DNA of 64,000 bases from the NCBI GenBank assembly GCA_977030845.1, contig OZ365116.1, positions 15,562,001-15,626,000 on the forward strand, written 5' to 3'. Below are positions 53,262 to 64,000 of this stretch, one piece after another. Made by a program: the position numbers and the translations under genes. The stretch's first letter is position 1; the number at the start of each line of letters is the position of its first letter. Below the pieces are notes generated by a model that saw only the letters and a program-made list of their open reading frames with translations, made no database searches and had not been told where the DNA came from. The DNA comes from Fimbriosthenelais zetlandica. Taxonomy: Eukaryota.

Positions 53262-56200
53262 TGGCCAGCAGTTCTTACTGACAAACAGTGACAGTAAACA
53301 CATAGGAAAAACAGGGCTTTTTTCTGCCGGAAACCCCCGAGTTTAGATGCTGGAGGTGGACGGACTAGAAGTGAAGGTAAAGAAGCCTTCTCTATAGAAA
53401 TGAGGGAAAGCCATGAGGGTTGGGGTGAGATGTCTGTATCTTTCCTGCAGGCCCAACTGCCTTCTATTCCAGCAGAAGTCCTGAGATGGAATTTTGAAAC
53501 AAATATGTACTAAAATTACATGCAAACACTTCCCTGGCAGTTGGCGAAGTTTCAGTCGAAGAAATTAATACACATACTTCACTTCAACTTCGCTAGAAAT
53601 TGGATTTTCTCTCCCATTACGCTGATTCGATAGAAAGATAACCCAAGGTAAAATTGGTAATTACCTTGGCCCAGTTGATATTTGTATAATGGTTCCCACA
53701 GCTGTTGCTGGAGAGAAAAAAGCTTCCTGCTGCACATCGACCGTTCATAATTGAGACTGGTAAAAGTTGGGAGTGCATTGAAGGTGTGGTAGGGTGTGTC
53801 GGGTGGGGCAATCGATAAAGCACACAGTTACATTGGACGGATACCTTTCCCCCGCGTAAAACTTTAATGGACACTTAATAGTCATGTCCAATATGTCAAG
53901 GCAGCGTCAATGCCTCTCTCGCTTGCCCACTCGCGCATCCATCCGCACGAGTTTGCACGAGTGATTCAGCTTTGGGGGCTGGTGGATGTGGATGTGGGTT
54001 GTATAAGTTTTACTGATGAGCGCGCCTTGCAATGTGGACAGAGCTCTCGAGGAGAGCGAGAATCCGGGGATATTCTTTTATCCTTGATTGTGGAAAGCTT
54101 TCAGCAGGACTGGGTCTAATGGAGACGCTCACAGAGGGTGTCTCAATAAGAGAGCTGCTCTTTTCTGCTCCAGATTGCTTCCAAGGCAGATATTAGAACT
54201 GCTCATATGTGGCTCTATTCCTACCTATCCTGATAAATATATTCGCCATTATGGCATAGGCAATGGTCTGCAAATTATACCTGAAAATATGGGACTCATA
54301 AAGGTATAAAATGTAAGGAATGAGGATTATCCACAAGTAAGCAAGATGTACAAGTTTACAATCTGTCCTGACCTATACCCTATTGATAGCATCACTGAGA
54401 CATACTTTTATCAACTCTGTGGATGTTAAAGCAGAAAATACAACTAGGAATTGCATGTGAAGAAAGACCTGTTGTATTAAATAAGACGCATGAGCGCCAA
54501 CTCGAGCAGTCTTCCAACCATCAATCATGAACTAGTACAAGGCACCAAAAACATAGCCCATGAAGCTGACACTAGTGTCAGTGGAAATCAATTTGATAAA
54601 AAGATGAAAAGAAAACAGTATAGGCAGAAACAGCGACAACACATCGATTTCTTTTAACAAAATATCTAAAGCCCCTTCTCCAAGCCGAGGAATTAAAGGA
54701 GGCGGGCATGTTTGATGTGCTCATGCGCGTGCTGCAGTAGAGAGACTTCCGGCTGGCGGGCGGGAGGTGGTTGGTCGGCAGGAACTCGTGTGTTCTCTAT
54801 GTGACCATCTCTACTAAACCATTCCCCACTCTCTCATCCTCGCCACAGTAAAAGAGGACGAACTGAGGACGAACCCAGCGAGGAATCATCAGCTGCAGGC
54901 TCAGCTTTCTGTGCCACTGCCAAGGGAGGGCCTCAACTATTTTTGTTCATGGGAAAAACATAGCATACTGGTGCAACTGTTTCAGAAGCTTGTGGCGGTA
55001 ATGCCCTGCACTACTGACTAATCTTAGAAAAAGGGGCCTGGCAAGATTGAAGGAGGCCCTGATAGGATATTTTCATTTTGTAGCAAGATTGCGTCCCTGT
55101 ATAGTACCTCCCTGCACCCATAGATCAGAAGCTTTAGCAGATGCTTTAGGGAGGTAGCGGGGAGAGAATGGAGGGAGGTATGAAAGGGGGGTTAGCCAGG
55201 CACTCATCATATCAGTCACCAGCTATGGTCAAGACAAATGACACAAGTCTCGTTAATTAGACGGATAATGGTTGGTTAATACCAGCGCCACGTGAGCTAC
55301 TCACAACTGGCTGGATCATTTCAAAGCCCCTTCCACCAGAGCGCCTCTTTTTGACCTAATTTATGAAAGGCGCGTGTTTGACAATACGAGCGTAAATAGC
55401 GTTGCAGTGCACCATATCTGAAAAACTCCATACTTGTGTTTGAGGCAAGCGTCTTTGGAGAGACGGCCGCCAGGGTTGTTTGATTTGGGATGAGCTGAAA
55501 GAGGATGGACAATTTTAACCAATCAGAGGCTGGATAACCTTCACCCCGGACGTGCCGATCCGTCCAATGCGCCACCTTACGGTGGGCGCGCTCGTCCATT
55601 AGGTGATATTTACTGGGTTCACCGGTACGAAAGATGGGGGCGAAAAGCCAGATACATCCTTACTAAAACACCCATTGACTGCTCCTCTATATTACACCCA
55701 CCATGCTACACTCATGGTCTCAGTACAAATCATTCACAATATTTTGGAGATTCAAATGTTTACTCAATAGATGCAATTTCGTCCACAAGTCAGCACAGAT
55801 GCACATTCAATTTAAAAAATAAATTGAAGTAAAGGGTATAAACAAATGTGATCAATGTTAAAGATGGAGTCAATGTGGCTTCCCAGCGACAGGAAATAAT
55901 GGTCTGTTCCGGTTTTAGGTCACTCAGTGGTTAGGAGCGCCTGGAAGTCTTCAGGTTCCAGATTTGCCGCTCATCATTAGCACATTTAAGGGAAAAACCA
56001 TCTCCCAATCAGGGCTTTTTAATGAATTGTCAGGTTGCATAATGCAAGTGGGAAGAATTATTCAAGGAATTGAGAGCCTTTTCCGATAATGAGCTCCAAC
56101 TGAATATAACAGCGGAAAAACTAACAATAGCTCATCAAGAAAAGATCCAAGAAGTACTTGTCGCTATAACGACCAAATGCGGAAAGGTTAAAAGTCCGGA

Positions 56201-59200
56201 TGGTTTTCATTCAGAGCAAATCACTTCACATTCAATTTAACGCAACAAGGCCTGAGAGGGTGCAGTGATAATGTTCTCAATCGTGATCCAATAATCATGC
56301 CCTTGAGTTATTATTCCTTAACATCTGCTTCTGTGCTGATCCTAATGCTCGTTACCCACTTCGTTAAACACGAGTCACAAGTGCATTACGTCGCCAGATA
56401 TTAATTGTTAGAAACTATCATTATTTTTCCATATGATTTCCTTAAGGGATATATAGGACATAAAGGGACATAGTATTGTCAGTTTTTAGAATATTTTGAT
56501 GATTTTAACGGGTAATATAAACAGGAATATGTGAGATTTTGAGCGGACATGATAACAAGAGTTAAGTTGGTCGGGCGCCCATTGAATCCCTGGGGGTTTG
56601 GTTAGGATTTTGCGCTTCTTGTTGGGAACAATTGCTGGCAGCACCCCACTTCCCCTCCCTCCCTCTACCCCTCCACTGCCGTAGCCGCTCCCCCTCTTAA
56701 TCAGCAGCTTTTAATTGCGACTAATTTGTGTCACATGGCGCAATATGCTCGTTAGTGGTACTTCATTGTGCACACGCTTTGATCAACGTTTCACATCTTG
56801 TTATGGCGCAGTTTCACGCCAGTTGATACATTGTCTTTTGGCTTCCGGGTCCTGCGTTCCCCCATTGTTCCCACCTCGCTGATTGGTTGAACTGGACCAG
56901 CCAGCAGCAGACTTCAGCGAGATGTCGTCTGCCTCAAATGAGTCAGAAAGGCGCGTACTTTGGTGCTGTGCACAGCGACATCATGAGAGATAAAGCCTAA
57001 TGAGATAACAATTCAATCACTGCATTTTATTAGGCCCAGGGATCCGGCAGGAATCCTCTCGTGAAATTCTGTTTGTTTTCAATCAATAATTTCACATTTT
57101 TCTCTTCAAATAAAATACTCAGTGGAACTTGCTAGGACCGCTACAGATTTTGTTTGTAATCTATCTCCTAAATAGTGGGAATTAATTATTGAGACTCATT
57201 AATTGTCTCTTACTTCATATCAGGTGTAGATGTGATTCAACAAGCATGACAGATTTGATAAATTCAGTATCGCCATGTTCTGCTTATCAGAACTGCTTGG
57301 TTTTCATCAGGTCATATAGCTATATTCTGGGGGAAGGAAGCCCAGATGGGTTTTGCTTGTCAGTCTGTTATCCTCACCAATATTAGCCTTGGAGTCTAGC
57401 TTTTACAATGACCACGCCAGACAAACTAGGTCTCTATTTGAAACACGAGCACAAACTCGTGCAAACCAAACACTAACCCTTCAATGGTCATTAGAATCTC
57501 ACTACAAAGATATTCAATTCAATTCATACAATATATCTCTGCTCTGCAGTCGCAAATTGATCATGTATGATCAGATTAAAATCCCTTTAAATGTAAAGAT
57601 ACATTATATTTTTGCCAGGTTAAATTAATAATGTTACTGGACAAAATGGATTGACTGTAGCAGAGATCTGATAGGGGTGTGAGGATTATGTAGTGGTCAG
57701 TTTGAGTAAGGGGCAGGTGGTTGTCCTGTTGTGTGTGGTGGTCAAACAGAGCACTGGTGACCACCTTCTGGTCACTCTCACCCAGTACTTACTGCTATTG
57801 TGACCCCAGTCTGTGACGGACACTTGACCATTTAATACCTCTTGTGGATCATCAAGTTTGCTGACTTGAAGAGCATTTGAAATGAAGAGATTACGTTCAG
57901 AATGCCCCTTTTTGTAACTTAGATGGTATTGAATTTAAATCATTCATTTTAAAAGGCAATCAATACCAGATTAAAAGATGATTAACCGACTTTCGCTTTA
58001 GAAGTCAATGTTGATTTTAGTCCCAAAATATTCCAAATTAGGTTAAAAAGTGAAATAAATAAAGGACATCAACTGTGGTGTATATGCGGGAAATGTATAA
58101 AGAAATGCTAAAATTCTGGGATTTTCATTCATCAATGAAATAGTCCAGACACTAGACACATGCATATGAATACCAAGAGACATATTTCATTTAGTGTCAG
58201 ATCAGAAGGAGGGAACTTTCACTCATACATATAGAGGATACAAAGGGTAGAAGATTGAGAGGTGGCTATAACTGTCCAGTAGAATGGCCTTTTCATTGGC
58301 TTTTCACTCGTCTACCTGCCTCAGCTGCTGGTATCTCCCCCCACCCAGCCTGTGCGGGGTATTTAACCCTCACCCCTCCACCCTACCTACCATTGTTACC
58401 CCCTATCCCTTCTATTGACCTGCTGAAATTACTCACTTGCCTCAAAACATTTCATGGGAGGCCGTGGGACTGACTCCTTAATAATTGTCAATGCCCCCAG
58501 CCCTGCCTTGATAGCTGTGTGATTTGAGGTAGATTTTGTGTATCGCCCATTAACGGGTCTCGTCAAGGGGGGATTTTTCCACGGCCCTGTCCGTGACTCT
58601 ACATGGTCTAGCCTTCATTATACCAGAGGGACCTCAGTCGCTCGCTCCGCCTGCAATACACCACTTGGGGCATGAGTTGTGTGAAAGGTTCTGCCTTGAA
58701 TATAGGGTACCTCTCCCACTCCACATTCCTGAATGGAGCGTATAATGTGTATGGATACCAACTCTACACACTGACGGATGTAGATCAAGACGATCATCAC
58801 ACTGGGCCTGGATTCACTTCACCCGTCAATTTACGTTTGAATACATATAATAAGAAATGCACCAAATCCAAAGGCAATAATATAGGCTTGTCCACCTTGG
58901 TGTTTTAAGTCAGGGTTTTCAGGGTAGCACTTGCTGTTGCAGTAGCCATGTTGTACATGATTCCTGGAGGAAGGCCTACACTATTGTTTGCCTTCTACCG
59001 CCAGGTGTCAGGTGTCTTCCAGGGGGAGGTGTCCATTCCAGGAGGGACTGGAGGAATGGTTGTTTGTGGTGGCCAAGGTTTGGTCCTATAAAAAGAAGCC
59101 ACTCACAAATACCAAACCCTAGTTTAGTTATTACTTGCCAATGACTACTTTATGCAGTATTATATACATTGTATAATATAAAATATAATACTTCAAACTG

Positions 59201-60593
59201 TGGAATAAGACAGCTCATGTAGTCACACCTATCACTAACACAATCTTGCACAATTAGGTCTCTAATGGTATCCCTTTAGGAGATTTAGCCCAACATAGTG
59301 AAGAAGCCACTCCACGCTCGACTTATAATTGGATCATCAAGCATGCACGATGGGAACGTGCTCAAATCCCTTGGTTGAGTGTGCGAGCAATTGGTCAGAA
59401 ATGCATGGAGCCAACTCCGTCTTCAAAGAAAAAGTCCCGGCTCACGGGCTATCAATAACAGAGCAATTAGACAGGAGAAGAGTCACTCATTACCACACAC
59501 ATGCGGTTTCCCAGAGACGGGGGTTCATGGGTAGAGACGGGGAGAAGACAAGCTAGCCTGCTTGATGTTTCCCCTGCCCAACATGAGCCCGTCATTGCCA
59601 TCAAGTACATATACTTCACTCACAAAGACATGCATACATGAGCTATGTCTTGTTTTGAAAAGTTTTTGAAGATTTTTTTTTATTTTCAAGACTGAATGAT
59701 CAATTAGAACATTAAAGAATGCAAAGGATTCTTTTTTCAAAGATGGGGCTCACTCATAATAAAGTGCTTGGGTGAATGTTAGCTATTATAACATATGATT
59801 AATGGACCTCGCTTGGTGAATTGTATTTCATCAATGACAAAATAGATGAAATAGACTTCATGTCAAGCTTTTTTCAAATGAATGTCATCCTCTATGACAG
59901 GGGCGTTCAGTCTAAGCTTACTAATTAGACCTGGCCTGAATGTATCATGGACGGATGACAATGAGGATTGAACTGGCCAATTGCCTCTTTTTATACACAT
60001 GGCTCAATTCCCTCGCCAGCCCCGGCCTGCTGTCTAACTAACAGAAAAGGCATATTTGGACAGAGCGATGAAAATAATGGACTGGCCAGGGGTGGCCTGC
60101 ATGGTATGGGGCCGGCCCGGGGCCTGGGTTTGTTTGTACGGGCTGAAGTCCTCCTCCTCCTGTCTAACCCCGGCTGTCGGGGGACCTCCCTCCTCCATCC
60201 ACGCACTACTGGCCGTCTCCACTCAAATCCATGGAAAATGATAATATTTCATCTAATATAAACTGCTAACACATTGCATTAACTGGGGGATAGAAATCAC
60301 TCAAATCAGACCGATTTTGAATGAAGATTCTGTACTAAGTTATTGGTTGCAATCAGTCGTAACAACTGGCAAAAGCTTGAGTGGCCTAAGTAGTATAGCG
60401 AAAGAGGACTTTGGTAGCGGCGCCTATTTACAGTTGTCTAGTTTTATGGCCATTATAGCCTGGTGTTTTTGATAACTATTGATCGCCTTTTGCATTGACA
60501 ATTGTGATCTACCTGTGTGTCTTGTGTGTAGGATGTGTGCGTGTTAGCCGTGTGTGGGAGGGTGTGGCTGCTATGTTTGCTGAGACTTGAGGT

Positions 60594-60627
60594 GGGGTTG
60601 GGGGGTGTGGGGGTGAGGGGTGGGGGG
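60594..60627 (+). repeat. Five-G-tract G-quadruplex-compatible motif
   Basis: GGGG-TT-GGGGGG-TGT-GGGGG-TGA-GGGG-T-GGGGGG. Confidence 0.65.
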
Positions 60628-63600
60628 ATGGAGAATTGAGGTGCAGCCCTGAACGAGCATTATATAAACAAGGCACATTCATAGATCCACATATTGAGTT
60701 TCCAAACTAATCGATTAGTGAGGCGCCGTGGAGCAGGGCTCAGGCTTTAGCAAGGTTTGCTGACACTATAGTCATACCAGCTTCAGACAGGAGAAACACA
60801 GCCAAAACCTGTACACAAGTCTTAAACTTATCATGGATCCATGTCAGTATTACAAGCAAATATTATATACCCATATTACACTGTTATATTGCCTCGTATG
60901 CGGAAGATATGTATAAGTCATTTCCACAGATAAAATTATAAATAAACCCTCGATAACAATACTTCGGCACAAATATGTTCCCATTTACTGTATATAAATA
61001 AATGGATACAATTAATTTAATGATATGGGTTAAAACGTTACAGTAATGAAGATACCATTTTGGCCCCAGCATAAGCGGACCAGCAGAACTCTTGTTTCCG
61101 GTATAGCCTCTCCAGGCCAGCAGACCTCCTCCAGTATCTGTCCCCAAGCCTTCCCTACTCCCAAACTCCTCCACAAGCCCAGCTGCTGACCCTTCAACAA
61201 CTTGTAAATGAGTTTATAATTAATCTGACCAATTACCGGTCCCTCTTGACTGGTTCCAGCCTTCCACAGCCCACTGGTCATTGTGGCAATTAAAACATTG
61301 ATCTCCTCCATCCACAAACTAATGAGGATCCTTAACATTAAATTCAGGCAAAATACATTAAAATTAACACAGAAATCCACACATAACTGACAATCATTTA
61401 ACAATCATCTGCACGATCATTATGGAATGCTTTTAAATTATGACTCCAACCGATTTCTCAAAAGATAAGATATCTGGTAATATAGGAGGAGAGGAGGGGA
61501 TTTTCGGGTGGTTGGAGGGCTGCTATGTGAAGGGTCAGTGAGAAGGATGGGGAGGTCATTTTAATGGCTAGGTTAGGAAGCTGGGCAATGGATGGAGCAT
61601 GTGTAAGAGGACCTGGTGCCTGCCCCGCATCATATAAAGCTAATCAGTGGAGGGCACTAGAGCTCACCTGTACGTGCGGTAACAATACATGTCAGGAGGT
61701 GGAGGGCGGTGAGGGCATTACTCGTCAGTCCCAGTAAGAGCTGGCCCTCAACAACATGGCCGCCATTAGCCAATGGCCATTTCACCAGACGCTTTCGGGG
61801 TTTTCCATATATTCATATAAGTACAAAATGGATATACGATGGAAGAAATATCCCCATGAATAATTCATGTAAGGCATCTCAGATTTACCCGAGCATTGGA
61901 AAATTTGAAGCAATTGCCTAAAAGTGATTAATTAAGGGCTGTATGATTTGGTGGGCGTGTGGATGTCTCAGTCAGATATAGGTTTCAGGAGGTCCATATA
62001 GGCGTGTGAAAGCCTTCAAAATGTGCTTATTTCCGCCTGATGTGCCTGTTTGATTGCATCCTCTCCTCTCCCCCGCCTTCTCCTCTCACTGGTGTCCACT
62101 GTATATGGGTAAACGAGGCGTTTCCTCCAGCGTCCTGCAGGCGCCGACCCCGGGTCTCCTACCACCAGACACTCTACTCCTCCTCCTCCACGGTCTCCCT
62201 CCACTGGACGAGGATTTATTAAATTCCCTCAAAGACCTGGAGCTACAGAGGATGGGGGATATATGGGTGATAATGAGAGTGTTTGCCCGTGGATCTGGGT
62301 TACATAAAGTAGGCAGAGTGAGGGAGATATGGAAGGCGCGAGGCGCGTGGGTCGCCAGCCATTTATTGACTTTCTCAATTTACCCTTACCGTGTGCGCAG
62401 GCTCCAATGACACGACTCAATTTTCTGCAAGGTCTCTTTTAATAAACTGACGGAAATTAATTTGGTGTGAATTGCGTGTGTGTTTAGTCGTCATTGGATG
62501 CATCTTGCCTACGCCCGCCAGTTTCCGCGCGCGTGAATTTCCGCGCGACCGGTGGCGGTAAGCCGGCGAGGCGGGACGGAGCGTGGAGGAGGCGAGATGA
62601 TCTTATACCATCTATACAGGGCTCCACCAACACTCATCAACCGTGGACTTTATATATTAACCAAAGGAAAACATATACTTCCCCAAAGAAATATTTGCAT
62701 CCATCTGCATGTGGAACCTGCACGACCAGCCATTTTTTTCTGACTATATATATTAAAGCAAATGGTTATCTTTGCGGGATTTTGAGTTTGTATTAAACAA
62801 CGGTTGATTGAGCAGATTAATAAAGAGCCGTTTATCAAGCAGTGGAGGTGAGAAGCACCTGTTATGAATAATCCTGGTGGTAAACAGAAGCGGATGAGAT
62901 AAGCTGCTGTACTACTCATAATCTCACCATGCCACGACCGCCCACCTGCCCAGCGCCCACTGCCTCACCTGGACTCTGCTTCATGACAGAAAAAATAATC
63001 TTGTCCACAAATTCAATATGATTTGACATGGGTGTTGCAATGTACTGTAGATGCACAGAAATATCCAGCATAAAACATTGTTACTTTCAACTAAACTTTC
63101 ATGAAACAACAGGAGATATACAGATCAAGAAATTCAGTCTTTTCTTTACAATCCATGCACCTTATGTTCCTTGTCAGCCTCAGCAGACTCTGGATAGAGC
63201 CTGGCCAGTGGATTTTCATTGGTGTATTAATTATAAAAACGTTGAGCGAGCACTCATTGGGATCGCCTTACCCGTCCACAAGTCCCACACTTGACAAGGG
63301 CACTTGACAATACAGATTGAACCCTCATTGAGGCGGTGGGTTATGGAGGCAAGTGGACCAAGCTCCCATGCCTTGACTGATAGGCTGGGGGAGGAGGAGG
63401 AGTAAGAACATGTGAGAGAATAGAGAGAATGAGGGGATGAAGGGAGGGGGAGCAAAATGCAAACAATATAACACAAAGTGTGCATCGACTGAGGAATCAA
63501 AGCCCCAGAGACTGGAAAACAAAGCAGGCTTTTTCAAAAGCTTGCCCGGCACATCATTGAGGGGATAGGACTGGGATGATATCATCCAATAGTTGAAGCA

Positions 63601-64000
63601 CATTTCATAATGTTATTGATCCATTTCTCTTTTGGCGGATATAAATCCTCCGAAAATGGTTCTAGTTTTCCTATCTCTATAGGGATTATAAACTGAATGC
63701 AAAATAATCTTTTAAAAATGTCGATTGATATCCATAAAACCATCCATTAATTAAGATATTTGCAATTATAATTTTCCGTTAGATCAGCCACTTAAAATAA
63801 TTGGTCTAATCTTATTTTTTCGGTAAATCAGCAGGAGATTTAATAAGAAAATATATTTGCTTCTCACACCCACACGCATCATATACTGGGAATAATAATG
63901 ATATGACACTGGTACATTGACATTACGTGATGTAAACCTAATAATCTACTCTCTGTCTATAGGACCAAGTCTTATAAAAGAATCCCACGCATGCGACCCA

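Noticed and set aside
54566-54581. Perfect 16-bp palindrome CTGACACTAGTGTCAG
   Set aside because: About one such palindrome is expected by chance in 64 kb, and its spacing does not match the Brachyury palindrome.
62345-62374. AWVASHLL resembling AWG...SHLLQ
   Set aside because: Spacing far too short, and no splice sites bracket it.
63184-63201. CAG-ACT-CTG-GAT (Q|TLD) resembling the start of the PAS-A exon
   Set aside because: Continues RAWPVDF rather than GFIFVV.

Overview
Eukaryotic genomic DNA, most likely from a bilaterian invertebrate: spliceosomal intron signals, roughly 40-45% GC by eye, and CpG not strongly depleted. The taxon cannot be fixed from sequence alone. The window is almost entirely non-coding. 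The only confidently identifiable coding sequence is the bHLH-encoding exon of a single-minded (sim/SIM1/SIM2 family) bHLH-PAS transcription factor on the + strand (exon 37815-38008; canonical ATG 37834; GT donor 38009-38010). A canonical-looking promoter (CRE, CCAAT, TATA, Inr at ~29.6-29.74 kb) and a strong donor at 30026 suggest a first exon. That exon would splice in frame onto the bHLH exon and add a 20-aa N-terminal extension ([26 protein letters not shown]...). I could not find the next sim exon (GLG-x-AWG...ELGSHLLQ) or the PAS exons in the remaining 26 kb, so the window probably ends inside a very long intron. The rest looks like the cis-regulatory landscape of a developmental TF: CpG-rich islands, clustered TF-like motifs (Pbx-Meis, Su(H), GATA, YY1, ETS, BANP/NRF1), G-runs and short tandem duplications. 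I found no CRISPR array, rRNA, intact tRNA or intact transposase/RT ORF, and the other ORFs in the track look like chance ORFs. I see no new multi-gene system. The most promising leads are the inferred multi-promoter/uORF architecture of the sim 5' end and a housekeeping-type promoter signature buried in the sim intron. All motif counts and expectations are by-eye estimates.
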